From: Acetobacteraceae bacterium
Lineage (GTDB): Bacteria; Pseudomonadota; Alphaproteobacteria; Acetobacterales; Acetobacteraceae
Direction of reading: 5' to 3'
Assembly (NCBI GenBank): GCA_030041255.1
Contig: JASHOF010000131.1
Location: forward strand, 2,998-66,997
DNA: 64,000 nt
This document shows positions 1 to 13,027 of the stretch, in pieces. The translations under genes were made by a program, and so were the position numbers. Every line of letters starts with the position of its first letter. Positions within the stretch are counted from its first letter, which is position 1. The notes under the pieces are model-generated. The model made no database searches, had not been told where the DNA came from, and saw only the letters and a list, made by a program, of their open reading frames with translations.

Positions 1-372
1 GGCGATGTATTTGCGCCCGGCCTCCTGAGCGCAATCGACGGCGACCGAGAGCGGCTCGTTGGAACGCACCTTGGCGAGCTTCACCAGCATCGGCAGGTTG
101 ACGCCGGCCAGCACTTCCACGCCTTTCCGCTCCATCATCGAAATGGCGAGGTTGGAGGGAGTGCCGCCGAACATGTCGGTCAGCAGCACCACGCCGTCTC
201 CGGTATCGACCCGCTCGATGCAGTGCTGGATGTCGATGCGCCGGTTCTCGATATCATCGTCGGGGCCGATGCACACCGTCGCCACGTTGCGTTGCTCGCC
301 GACCACGTGCTCCATGGCCGCGCGCAATTCCTCGGCCAGGCGGCCGTGCGTCACCAGCACGATGCCGATCAT
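1..372 (-). CDS. PTS EIIA component, mannose/fructose type (PTS-Ntr associated); 3' end of gene cut by window edge
   Basis: Reverse translation from ATG (370-372) reads MIGIVLVTHGRLAEELRAAMEHVVGEQ...LLTDMFGGTPSNLA, the EIIA-Man pattern. Its start overlaps the rapZ stop (ATGA). It sits in the conserved hprK-rapZ-EIIA order. Confidence 0.8.
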   Translation of the reverse strand, partial: MIGIVLVTHGRLAEELRAAMEHVVGEQRNVATVCIGPDDDIENRRIDIQHCIERVDTGDGVVLLTDMFGGTPSNLAISMMERKGVEVLAGVNLPMLVKLAKVRSNEPLSVAVDCAQEAGRKYIA

Positions 373-1319
373 GGCTGCGGCATTCGATCCATTATCACGG
401 GATTGCCAGCCCTCCCTGGGCTATGACCCGGCGCGTCGTCAGCCGGTCTCGGTGGGCCAACGAGCTCACGGTGCATCGTTTCCGCACGCCAACCCGCCTT
501 TCCCAGAACCTCGCTGAGTCGTTCCGCCACATGCACCGAGCGGTGCCTGCCCCCAGTGCAGCCGACGGCGATCGTTACGTAGCTTTTGCCCTCTTGTCGG
601 TAGCGCGGCAAGAGCAGCGTCAACAAATCGCAACTGCGCGAGAGAAAGGCGCCGAAGTCAGGATCGGCCTCGACATAGGCGCCAACCTCGGGGTCGTGCC
701 CGGTCCGGCCACGGAGCGCGGGCACGTAGGGGGGGTTGCGCAGGAATCGGACGTCGAAGACAAGGTCGGCCTCGCGCGGCAGCCCGGACGCATAGGCGAA
801 GGAAATCAGCGTCACGGCCAGATCGGTCCCGGCCTCGGCGCCGAAATGTCCGCCGATCAGCCTTCTCAGGGCCGCGGGAGTGGTTTCCGAGGTGTCTATG
901 AGGAGGTTCGCCGCAGCCCGCAACGGCAGGATGACCGCGCGCTCCATGGCAATACCGTCGGCAACCTCGCCGTTCGGGGCCAGCGGGTGGCGGCGGCGGC
1001 TCTCCGTGAAGCGGCGCAGCAGCACGTTCTCGTCGGCCTCGGCGAACACCAAGACCGGCGCCAGTGCCGGGTTGCGCCGGAGCGCCGCGAGAACATCCAG
1101 CACGACCGTGGCGTCGAACCCACGGGTTCGCGCGTCGATGCCGATCGCGAGCCTCCGCTCGCTCCGGCTGACCAGCGACTGGAGCAGCGGCAGCGGCGGA
1201 TTGTCCACCGCCTCGTAGCCGAGGTCCTCGAAGGCGCACAGGATTGTCGCCTTGCCGCTACCGGAAAGGCCGCTGACAAGAACGACACGGAGCGCGCCGT
1301 CGAGAGGCTCAGCGCTCAT
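369..1319 (-). CDS. rapZ: RNase adapter protein RapZ (YhbJ family P-loop protein)
   Basis: In-frame part of ORF 369..1895, with the start taken at MSAEPL (ATG 1317-1319). Walker A is GLSGSGKA and the C-terminal motif is GCTGGRHRSV. The upstream part of the long ORF is Arg-rich junk. Confidence 0.9.
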   Translation of the reverse strand: MSAEPLDGALRVVLVSGLSGSGKATILCAFEDLGYEAVDNPPLPLLQSLVSRSERRLAIGIDARTRGFDATVVLDVLAALRRNPALAPVLVFAEADENVLLRRFTESRRRHPLAPNGEVADGIAMERAVILPLRAAANLLIDTSETTPAALRRLIGGHFGAEAGTDLAVTLISFAYASGLPREADLVFDVRFLRNPPYVPALRGRTGHDPEVGAYVEADPDFGAFLSRSCDLLTLLLPRYRQEGKSYVTIAVGCTGGRHRSVHVAERLSEVLGKAGWRAETMHRELVGPPRPADDAPGHSPGRAGNPVIMDRMPQP

Positions 1320-1738
1320 GCGGCAAAGGCGCCGGCGGCCTGTGTGACGTGGCCAAGGGCGCAGTCCAGGGCCAACCTGACCCGGATGGGCGCGGATGGC
1401 GAGCTCGCATCGAGCGAGATCAAGGGCAGGCCTGTCGCCGGGTGGCGAGCAGGCTCCGGCAGCCGCTCCCCGACGCCACCCAGTTCGACCGCCAGCGCCA
1501 GGCGCGCGCTGGCCGTATGCGGGAGCCGGACGAGGCCGAGCCCGCGCACTTCGATCAGGCCGGCGATCTCGGAGGGGGCGGAGGCGACTCCGTCCACGAT
1601 TTCGACCCGATCGTCCGCGACCAAGGAGAAACCGTGATCGAGAAGGCGGAGCAGGAGGTCCGACTTGCCGCTGCCTGGCGGCCCCAACAACAGCACGCCT
1701 GCGCCGCCACGTGCGGCGCAGCTCGCATGGGTCTGCAT
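1316..1738 (-). CDS. hprK: HPr kinase/phosphorylase, short kinase-domain-only form
   Basis: ORF 1316..1828, with the start taken at MQTHAS (ATG 1736-1738). It has the P-loop GPPGSGKS and the IEVRGLG motif and no N-terminal domain, as in alphaproteobacteria. Its stop overlaps the rapZ start (ATGA). Confidence 0.8.
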   Translation of the reverse strand: MQTHASCAARGGAGVLLLGPPGSGKSDLLLRLLDHGFSLVADDRVEIVDGVASAPSEIAGLIEVRGLGLVRLPHTASARLALAVELGGVGERLPEPARHPATGLPLISLDASSPSAPIRVRLALDCALGHVTQAAGAFAA

Positions 1739-1815
1739 GGCCGCCAATGTGGGACGAGGTCCGCCCGAAAGAAAGCGGCTTGTGGCGAAATGATGCCCAT
1801 GCCAGCGTCGGCCGC

Positions 1816-2610
1816 ATGGATGAGGCACCTGTCCTGGTTGTGCTGGATGGGCGGGGTATAGCGACGGTGACGCTGCACCGCCCGGCTCGCGGCAACGCCT
1901 ATGACGGGGCGTTGCTGGCTGCCCTGGCCGCCGGCCTCGAAGAACTGGCGGGGCGGCCGGAGCTCAGGGCAGTCGTCATCCGGGGGGCCGGGAAACACTT
2001 CCAGGCCGGGGCCGACCTCGACTGGCTGGCGTGGATGGCGAAAGAGCCGGCAGCCGCGGCGTATGCAGCCTCGATGGCCACGACCCGCACCATGCAGATG
2101 CTGAACGAGTTCCCTCGCCCGACCCTTGCCGTTGTGCATGGTGCATGTTTTGGCGGCGGTGTCGGGCTGGTCTGCTCGGTGGACATCGCGCTGGCCACTC
2201 CCGAGGCCGTGTTCGGCCTGACCGAGGTCCGCGTCGGCGTCGCCCCGACACCCATCTCCGCCCAGATGGTCCACGCGATGGGGCTTCGCCATACCCGCCG
2301 CTATGCGCTGAGCGGTGAGCGGTTCGGCGCCTTCGAGGCCATGCGGATCGGGCTCGTGCACGAGGTTGTGCCGGCAGACCGGCTGGAGGCGCGGGTAGCC
2401 CAGATCCTGGACGCGATCCTGCTTGCTGCGCCGGGCGCAGTTGCGCTCACCAAGCGTTCGATCCTCGAGGCAAACGGCCTCTTCATCGATGCGGCGATGC
2501 GGGCACGTCTTGCCGACGAAAGCGCGCGCCAGCGTGCTTCGGCGGAAGGTCACGAGGGTCTGGCCTCGTACCGCGAGAAGCGCGATCCCGTCTGGTACCG
2601 GCCGGGGTGA
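1816..2610 (+). CDS. enoyl-CoA hydratase/isomerase (crotonase) family protein
   Basis: Part of ORF 1396..2610, with the start at MDEAPVLVV (ATG 1816). Crotonase pattern: VIRGAGKHFQAGADL ... GACFGGGVGL ... GLTEVRVGV. Confidence 0.85.
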   Translation: MDEAPVLVVLDGRGIATVTLHRPARGNAYDGALLAALAAGLEELAGRPELRAVVIRGAGKHFQAGADLDWLAWMAKEPAAAAYAASMATTRTMQMLNEFPRPTLAVVHGACFGGGVGLVCSVDIALATPEAVFGLTEVRVGVAPTPISAQMVHAMGLRHTRRYALSGERFGAFEAMRIGLVHEVVPADRLEARVAQILDAILLAAPGAVALTKRSILEANGLFIDAAMRARLADESARQRASAEGHEGLASYREKRDPVWYRPG

Positions 2611-2630
2611 GACGCCAGGACGAAGCAGAC

Positions 2631-2837
2631 ATGGAACTCTGCATCTTCGCCTGTTTCCATGCTCGTGAGGGCAAGGAAGACGCAGTTGCCACGGCAATGC
2701 GTGACATGCGCGGTCCCGTGCGCGCGGAACCCGGCTGCCTGGCGATCGAGTGCTTTCGTTCCACGCGCGACCCGCGACTGTTCTTTATCCACTCTCGTTG
2801 GATCGACGAAGGGGTGTTCGAAATCAGGGCGAACTGA
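2631..2837 (+). CDS. antibiotic-biosynthesis-monooxygenase (ABM) domain protein, apparently C-terminally truncated
   Basis: ORF 2607..2837, with the start taken at MELCIF. The ABM-like pattern is REGKEDAV...EPGCL...FFIHSRWIDEGVFEI, followed by a stop where the family normally continues about 25-30 aa. Confidence 0.45.
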   Translation: MELCIFACFHAREGKEDAVATAMRDMRGPVRAEPGCLAIECFRSTRDPRLFFIHSRWIDEGVFEIRAN

Positions 2838-3014
2838 GATTCCGATCTGAAACGATGGCTGCCGGCCGGCCAGGTCGAGGCACGAGGCCAGGCCCGGAGA
2901 TCCGCGCGATGCGCATCGCCGGTGCTGGCGGTAAAGAGGGATTGGCAGCCGGGTTCTCTTTCCGTTAGGTTCAGGCCTCCATGTTTGGGCAGAGATAGCG
3001 GGGCGGGGTGCAGC

Positions 3015-3230
3015 ATGCGGCTTAGCGCGCGCAACCAGATCAAGGGCAAGGTCCTCACCGTGCAGAAAGGGCAGACGACCGGCCATGTCCGTATCGATGT
3101 CGGCGGTGGGGTGGTCATCACCGCCTCTATCACCAACGAGGCGATCGACGAACTCGGCCTCCGTGCCGGCGACGCTGCCATCGCAGTGATCAAGGCGTCG
3201 GACGTGATGGTTGCCAAGGAGGAATCCTGA
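3015..3230 (+). CDS. mop: molybdenum-pterin/molybdate-binding protein Mop (single TOBE domain)
   Basis: Part of ORF 2922..3230, with the start at MRLSARNQIKGKV (ATG 3015). This is the typical Mop/TOBE N-terminus (SARNQ.KG.V), 71 aa. Confidence 0.85.
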   Translation: MRLSARNQIKGKVLTVQKGQTTGHVRIDVGGGVVITASITNEAIDELGLRAGDAAIAVIKASDVMVAKEES

Positions 3231-3250
3231 ACGGGTGGGCGCCCCGGCGC

Positions 3251-3736
3251 TTGTCGCGCCGGGCCGTTCCGCTCGCGCTGCTGCTCGCACTCGCGTTCGG
3301 ACCCGTTGCGGCCCAGCCGGCTTCGTTCGTCCTCGAGGGCGCCGTTCGCCATCCCGGAACGATCGGGGTGGCCGACCTCCGCAGCCTGCCGCCGACCACG
3401 CTTGCCGTGTCACTCGCGACCGACCACGGCGCGCTCAGCGGCACCTGGACCGGTGTCCTGCTCTGGACGCTGCTCCAGCGGGCCGGGGTGCTTACCGTCG
3501 CGAAGACGAAGAACGCAGCACTTCTGCATACGCTGGTCATCAGGGGCAACGACGGGTACGCCGTGGCGCTGTCGTTTGGCGAGATCGACCCGAGGATCGG
3601 CGGCTCGGCCGCCATCATCGCCTATGCGCGTGACGGCCGGCCACTCCCGCCTGACCAGGGGCTGCGCCTGATCGTGCCGAGCGACAAGTTTGCTGCGCGC
3701 GCGGTGCGCGGCGTCGTGCGCGTCGAGGTGCACTGA
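3251..3736 (+). CDS. small exported molybdopterin-oxidoreductase-like (sulfite-oxidase-fold) domain protein
   Basis: ORF 3251..3736 (TTG start) with signal-like N-terminus RRAVPLALLLALAFGPVAAQ. The body resembles short Oxidored_molyb-type proteins (GYAVALSFGEIDP...GLRLIVPSDK). Confidence 0.6.
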   Translation: MSRRAVPLALLLALAFGPVAAQPASFVLEGAVRHPGTIGVADLRSLPPTTLAVSLATDHGALSGTWTGVLLWTLLQRAGVLTVAKTKNAALLHTLVIRGNDGYAVALSFGEIDPRIGGSAAIIAYARDGRPLPPDQGLRLIVPSDKFAARAVRGVVRVEVH

Positions 3737-3757
3737 ATTCCTACCCGGCCTTGCCGA

Positions 3758-4444
3758 ATGATGCTTCCGAACCGGGTCAGTGCCGTGGTTCTCGATATGG
3801 ACGGCACGCTTCACGATACCGAAGTTGCCTATCACGCGGCTCTCAAAGCGGCCGTCGAGGCGGTCGGGTTCTCCATCACGGATGCCTTCTGTCATTCGCT
3901 GATCGGCATCCCCGGCCCGGAGTCAGACGCGATGCTGCGCGCGCATCTTGGCCCCGGCTTTCCGTTTGCCGAATATGACCGGCTCTACGAGCGGCATGTC
4001 GCGCTGAGCCTGGCCCGGGAGATCCCTCTCAAGGCCGGCGCACGAGAGCTTTTGCGGGCTCTCGCGGAGCGCGAATTGAAGGCGGCCGTTGCGACCTCGG
4101 CCAGTCGGCGCGCCGCCGAACGCCATCTCGCCCTTTCCGGCCTGCGCGGACACCTGAACACCATCGTCACGCGGGACGACGTCACTCGCGGCAAGCCGCA
4201 TCCTGACCTTTTCCTGCACGCGGCGAAGCTGCTCGAGGTTCCGCCCCGGGAGTGCCTTGCGGTCGAGGACTCGTTCAACGGTATCCGCGCTGCGCATGCC
4301 GCCGGCATGATGCCGGTGATGGTGCCGGACCTGCTCACCCCGACCGACGAAATCCGCGCGATGTGTGTGCGCGTGGCAGCGAACTTGCACGAGGTCCGGG
4401 CGCTGATTGCCGACCATGCCGAGGAGAGCGCCAAAGGGAGTTGA
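3758..4444 (+). CDS. HAD-superfamily hydrolase (beta-phosphoglucomutase-like phosphatase subfamily)
   Basis: ORF 3758..4444 has HAD motif I (VVLDMDGTLHDTE), motif II (ATSASRR) and motif III/IV (GKPHPD...VEDSFNGIRAAHAAGM). Confidence 0.85.
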   Translation: MMLPNRVSAVVLDMDGTLHDTEVAYHAALKAAVEAVGFSITDAFCHSLIGIPGPESDAMLRAHLGPGFPFAEYDRLYERHVALSLAREIPLKAGARELLRALAERELKAAVATSASRRAAERHLALSGLRGHLNTIVTRDDVTRGKPHPDLFLHAAKLLEVPPRECLAVEDSFNGIRAAHAAGMMPVMVPDLLTPTDEIRAMCVRVAANLHEVRALIADHAEESAKGS

Positions 4445-4608
4445 CGCGAGCGGGCCGGAAATGGCCGGAGCGCGGCGTAAACGGATCATCCGGGATGTTG
4501 CGCTTCCCGGAGAAGCCGTTCACTGCTTGCCGCTCTGCAAGATCGGCGCACCCGCATGGCTGTCGCCGTGCCCGACGAAGCGGTATGCGGATGACCGGAG
4601 GAGAAAGC

Positions 4609-5664
4609 TCAGGGTCGTGCCTCCAGGATCATGTTGAATGGCGTCTCGGTGGCCTTGCGCACCTGCCCGAAGCCGCCTTCCCTGATGAGCGACGACAGTT
4701 TTTCGTAGCCGGCCTGTGCTCCCAGCGCGGCCCCGACCGGCTGATCGAGCGAGGTCGGCACACAGATCATCGTCGAGGCTGCGTAATAGAGCCTGCCGAC
4801 GGGATTGAGATTGTTTTCCAGACGATCGCCGGCGGCCGGCTCGACGATCATCCAGCTTCCGTCGGGCTTGAGCGTCTCACGCACATGCCGTGCTGCACCG
4901 AGCGGATCACCCATGTCGTGCAGGCAGTCGAAGAACGTCACGAGGTCGAGATCCTGGCCGGGAAACTCGCTCGCCAAGGCCACCTCGAACCGAGTGTTCG
5001 CTGTCACACCGTGCTGCCCGGCGTGGCGGCGGGCCTGCTCCACCGAGTCCGGATGGAAGTCGTAGCCGACGAAGGTCGAGGCCGGAAAGGCCTTCGCCAT
5101 CATCACGGTCGAAAAGCCATGGCCGCAGCCGACATCAGCCACCGTTGCGCCGCGCTCCAGCCTGGCGACCACGCCGTCGAGCGCCGGCAGCCAGGATGTC
5201 ACCAGGTTGTTGTGATAGCCCGGACGGAAAAAACGGCCGGCGGCACAGAACAAGCACCGAGATTGCTCGCCCCAGCCAACACCCTTGCCGGTGCGGAACA
5301 GAGGTTCGACCAGCGCCTGGTTCTCCATCATGACCATCGCAAGATCGAAGCCGCCTTGTAGATAGACGGGACTATCGGGCTCGGCGAACACCATGGCCTG
5401 CTCGGGCGACAAGCTAAACCTGCCACTCGCGGGGTCATACGTGACGTAGCCGGAGGCCGCCTGGTGCGACAGCCACTCCCGCACGTAGCGCACGGCGATT
5501 TCGGCGGCCGCCGCCAGTTCGCCCGCGGTCATCGGGCCCTTTTTGTGCAGTGTCCTGTAGAGGCCCAGCCGGTCTCCGATGCGGACCATCGGAACACTCA
5601 GTGCGCCGCCGAGATCGCCCAGCATCCGGCCAACGAACTCGTGCAATCTGCCCTCGTCCACCAT
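4609..5664 (-). CDS. class I SAM-dependent methyltransferase
   Basis: ORF 4609..5739, with the start taken at [10 protein letters not shown] (ATG 5662-5664). SAM motif I is [12 protein letters not shown], preceded by a winged-helix-like N-terminal region. Confidence 0.8.
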   Translation of the reverse strand: MVDEGRLHEFVGRMLGDLGGALSVPMVRIGDRLGLYRTLHKKGPMTAGELAAAAEIAVRYVREWLSHQAASGYVTYDPASGRFSLSPEQAMVFAEPDSPVYLQGGFDLAMVMMENQALVEPLFRTGKGVGWGEQSRCLFCAAGRFFRPGYHNNLVTSWLPALDGVVARLERGATVADVGCGHGFSTVMMAKAFPASTFVGYDFHPDSVEQARRHAGQHGVTANTRFEVALASEFPGQDLDLVTFFDCLHDMGDPLGAARHVRETLKPDGSWMIVEPAAGDRLENNLNPVGRLYYAASTMICVPTSLDQPVGAALGAQAGYEKLSSLIREGGFGQVRKATETPFNMILEARP

Positions 5665-5905
5665 TGTCGCCTCACCATCTGAATGGCACCGGTCAAGGCA
5701 TTTGCCGGGCTTCTGTCGCGCCATGATCGCGTCGCACACACATTACTGTCGCGTGTGTCACGTTCTGTGGCCTGCCCGGCGGGCCGACGCGCCAAGGTCT
5801 CGCGCCAGCGTCATTCTCAGCCGAGCGACATACGCGACAAATCAGCCCGCGGTTCGTGGTATCAATGCAACCAAATCCTGCCCTGGTGCCGGGAGCTCGG
5901 TTCGG

Positions 5906-8074
<2,169 letters not shown>

Positions 8075-8086
<12 letters not shown>

Positions 8087-8788
8087 GGGAATGAACATGT
8101 ATCCGACGCCGCGTACGCTGCGAATGACCTCCGGTTTGCCCGGATCGCGCTCCAGCTTGCGGCGCAGGCGCATGACCCGATTGTCGATGGCCCTGTCGAA
8201 TGCTTCGGCCTCGCGGTGCGCGATCGTTTCCAGCAGCCAGTCGCGACTGAGCGGGCGGTTGGGATTCTCAACGAACAAGCGCAGAAGATCGAACTCGCTG
8301 GCGGCGAGGTTGGAAGATGCCCCGTCGGCGAGGACCAGGACGCGGCGCTGCAAATCCAGGATAGCGGTGCCGACCCTCATCTGGGTCAAGCGTGGCGGCG
8401 GTGGCGCAGCCGGACCGGCGCGTCGCAGGACCGCCTTCACCCGCGCCACCAACTCGCGGGGCTCGAATGGCTTGGTGACGTAATCGTCGGCGCCGGATTC
8501 CAACCCGACGACGCGATCGATCGTGTCGCCGGCGACGGTGAGCATGATGATGCCGATGCGAGCGGAGCGGCTGCGCAGCCAGCGGGCGAGGGCAAAGCCA
8601 TCTTCGGCTTCGTTCAGATGCACATCCAGCAAGGCCAGGTCCGGCATTACGCGCTGAGCCAGACGCTTCAATTCCGTGCCCGACGCGAGCGCAATGGGTC
8701 GAAGCCCATGCTCCACCAGGCATTCCGAAATGACCTGGCGCTGGAACGCCTCGTCTTCGACCAGCACGATCTTGCTCGAGCCGCTCAC
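8075..8788 (-). CDS. OmpR/PhoB-family response regulator
   Basis: ORF 8075..8788 (GTG start). It has a receiver (VLVEDE...LLDVHL...TKPF) and a winged-helix output domain (LSRDWLLE...VRGVGYMF). Its 3' end overlaps the kinase 3' end by 12 nt, convergently. Confidence 0.9.
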
Positions 8789-9013
8789 GCCTGAGTCCGT
8801 TCCCCGCGGTTTATTCGAGCCCCCGATTCACGCCCGCCGGCGATTCCGCCTCGGGCGATCGCGCGCTCGTGCCGGAGCGACGTCGTTCAAAGGCCGGCGG
8901 AACAGGGTTCTTCGAGCGCGACAGTGGCGACGGTTCCGGCACGACAATTGCGATATTGCAATCATTGATCCGCCAGCACAAGTCCTCGCCCGCGTCCATG
9001 CGTACGGGCCCGG

Positions 9014-9033
9014 CCGGGCGGCAGGCCGCCCGG
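9014..9033 (-). terminator. GC hairpin downstream of hsp20 (possible terminator, no U-tract)
   Basis: CCGGGCGG-CAGG-CCGCCCGG forms a perfect 8-bp stem with a 4-nt loop, 50 nt past the hsp20 stop. Confidence 0.35.
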
Positions 9034-9082
9034 ACCGGACCCGGAGCCGAACGTGAGGAGAGCGGACGCTCTCGCCCGATCG

Positions 9083-9541
9083 TCAGGCGGCGACGGCGGC
9101 CTTGACGGCGTCGTTGGCAACCGCCGGAGCGGCACTGCCGATCGCGATGCGGCGGGGCTTGAGTTGCTCGGGTACGACGCGTTTCAGCCCGACATGCAGC
9201 AACCCGTTCGCCAGATCGGCGCCCTCGACCACCATGTGATCGGCGAGCACGAAGCGTCGCTCGAACGCACGGCCAGCGATGCCACGATACAGCAGCTCAC
9301 CCTGCCCGCCGTTGGCGGCGCGGCCGGTGACGACGAGGGTGTTGTCCTGCGCGGTCACCTCGAGGTCGGACGGCGAGAAGCCGGCCACTGCCATCGTCAG
9401 GCGGTAGGAATCCTCGCCCGTCTTTTCGATGTTGTATGGCGGATAGGTAGGGCCTTCGGACGAAACCGTATCCATCAACCGGGCCAGCCGATCGAAGCCG
9501 ATCGCAGAACGGAACAAGGGAGCAAAGTCGAAACCGGTCAT
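9083..9541 (-). CDS. Hsp20/alpha-crystallin small heat-shock protein (IbpA-like)
   Basis: ORF 9083..9652, with the start at MTGFDFAPLFRS (ATG 9539-9541). The N-terminus is IbpA-like (FDRL...YPPYNIEK...YR.T.AVAGF) and AGGAGG lies 6 nt upstream. Confidence 0.9.
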   Translation of the reverse strand: MTGFDFAPLFRSAIGFDRLARLMDTVSSEGPTYPPYNIEKTGEDSYRLTMAVAGFSPSDLEVTAQDNTLVVTGRAANGGQGELLYRGIAGRAFERRFVLADHMVVEGADLANGLLHVGLKRVVPEQLKPRRIAIGSAAPAVANDAVKAAVAA

Positions 9542-9630
9542 GCAAACCTCCTGCACAAGAGCAAGGTTCGGGGCCACCCACCATAGGTCTGCCCCAGATG
9601 CCTGCGCGACCCCGGACGGGCGCCGCGCAC
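9542..9630 (-). promoter_or_regulatory. ROSE-like RNA thermometer candidate in hsp20 5' UTR
   Basis: The mRNA reads ...AACCUUGCUCUUGUGCAGGAGGUUUGCAUG. A U(U/C)GCU stretch (9560-9564) sits just 5' of the SD AGGAGG (9547-9552). CUCUU can pair with AGGAG around a GUGC loop. The predicted leader is about 85-90 nt, within the ROSE size range. Confidence 0.5.
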
Positions 9631-9635
9631 AGCAA

Positions 9636-9666
9636 AGAAATGGAAGTGCCAAGCCGGCTCTTCAAG
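9636..9666 (-). promoter_or_regulatory. RpoH (sigma-32)-type heat-shock promoter candidate for hsp20
   Basis: The minus strand reads CTTGAA (9666-9661), 17 nt, CCATTTCT (9643-9636). This matches the CTTGAA-N(16-17)-CCCCATNT/CYTATNT class. The -35 element overlaps the rpmE stop codon. Confidence 0.5.
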
Positions 9667-9898
9667 AGCCCTGCTGGCGAGTGATACCAAGGCCGGCGAA
9701 GCGACGATTGAACTTCGCAACCTGCCCGCCCGAATCGATGATCCGATGCTGGCCCGTCCAGGCCGGGTGCGATTTCGGATCGACGTCGAGATGCAGCGTA
9801 TCGCCGGCGCTGCCCCAGCAGGAGCGCGTGGTGAAGCGCGTGCCGTCGGTCATGACGACGGTGATCTGGTGATAATCGGGATGGATGCCAGGCTTCAT
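9662..9898 (-). CDS. rpmE: 50S ribosomal protein L31
   Basis: 3' part of ORF 9662..10810, with the start at [19 protein letters not shown]. This is the canonical L31 N-terminus, 78 aa. Confidence 0.95.
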   Translation of the reverse strand: MKPGIHPDYHQITVVMTDGTRFTTRSCWGSAGDTLHLDVDPKSHPAWTGQHRIIDSGGQVAKFNRRFAGLGITRQQGS

Positions 9899-9957
9899 GG
9901 CAGTGCTCCGGGGGCGGAGGCTCTTTAGCGGCGGCGGGCGCCGGTGGCAAGGCGCGA

Positions 9958-12011
<2,054 letters not shown>

Positions 12012-12049
12012 GTGCGCGAGCCAGGGTGGCCTGAGCGGGCAGCGGGGCG

Positions 12050-13027
12050 TCACACCACGCGCTGGAACTGCATCGTCCATTGATCGATCTGCAGCTTGAT
12101 GGCGTGGTTGGTATCAATCAGCCGCGCATGCTGCTCAGCCAGGCCTTCAGCCATCGCGATTACGGTGCGCACCGCCTTCAGCCGTTCATCGGCGGGTTTC
12201 GTGAAGGCAAGCGGCCCGCCTGAATAGGCGATCCGATCCTCGATCCAGTCCTCCGACGGTTGCGGGAAGGCGCCGAAATTCGCAAGCAATCCGAGCTTGC
12301 CCGGGGCATCCCGGAGCATCTCGTACGGCGCGACGTACTGCTCGTTGCGCTTTTGCGACACCTCCTGCTTTCCTGCCGCGAGAACCTTGAGCCGCCCGAT
12401 CACCACGCGAGAGAGCCATCGCCAGCGCCCGCGATCGGCGAAATGCGCGAGCACGATGCGACTCTCCGGCACGAAGGAAAGGTCCCTGCCGTCGAATGAA
12501 GCCTTGTCGCTCCCGGCATCGACCACGACCTTCCAGGACGGCAGGAGGCGGCGCATGAAGAGCTTCCCGGCGGAGCCCAGCACCGGATCCCGCAGATTGA
12601 CGCGCCTCGGGACGAGCAGATCCTTGGGATTATCCGCCGCCGAGGCGTGATAGTCGATCAAGCGGAGACGAAGACCCGGAGCTTCAGCATTCAGTTCACC
12701 CAGTCGTTTGCGCAGCCCGATGCCGATCCGTCTCAGATCCATGAACTCGTCCGGGTCGAGGAAGATCACCCCATCTGCCTGCTGCTCCTCGACGGCGTAG
12801 CGATAAAGGAATGTGTTGAAGGTGGTGCCGCCGAAAATCGGCGCTCGGTTCGAGAACACCGTGAGGGGCAAGCCTGCCCCGGCCAGCTTCTTCAGAATCT
12901 CGACGGTCCGATCGGTGCTGCCGTTGTCGAGCAGAACGTGATGATCAACCAGAGGCGCGTGATGGCGGACGAAGCCCTCAATAATGTCATCTTCGTCGAG
13001 CACGCGTGAGACCGCAACCAGCTTCAC
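12050..13027 (-). CDS. glycosyltransferase family 2-like protein (Glyco_tranf_2_4 type)
   Basis: ORF 12050..13138. The N-terminal region is LVAVSRVLDEDDIIEGFVRHHAPLVDHHVLLDNGSTDRT. The start was set at GTG 13025-13027 because the 37 codons upstream have visibly lower third-position G+C. ATG 13138 is not excluded. Confidence 0.65.
   Translation of the reverse strand: MKLVAVSRVLDEDDIIEGFVRHHAPLVDHHVLLDNGSTDRTVEILKKLAGAGLPLTVFSNRAPIFGGTTFNTFLYRYAVEEQQADGVIFLDPDEFMDLRRIGIGLRKRLGELNAEAPGLRLRLIDYHASAADNPKDLLVPRRVNLRDPVLGSAGKLFMRRLLPSWKVVVDAGSDKASFDGRDLSFVPESRIVLAHFADRGRWRWLSRVVIGRLKVLAAGKQEVSQKRNEQYVAPYEMLRDAPGKLGLLANFGAFPQPSEDWIEDRIAYSGGPLAFTKPADERLKAVRTVIAMAEGLAEQHARLIDTNHAIKLQIDQWTMQFQRVV

Noticed and set aside
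1320-1895. N-terminal 192-codon extension of the rapZ ORF, and similar long 5' extensions of the ORFs for the crotonase, kinase, ftsH, serA, glmM and ftsH-paralog genes
   Set aside because: The extensions overlap neighbouring genes, are Arg-rich, and precede well-conserved family N-termini that start at internal ATG codons.
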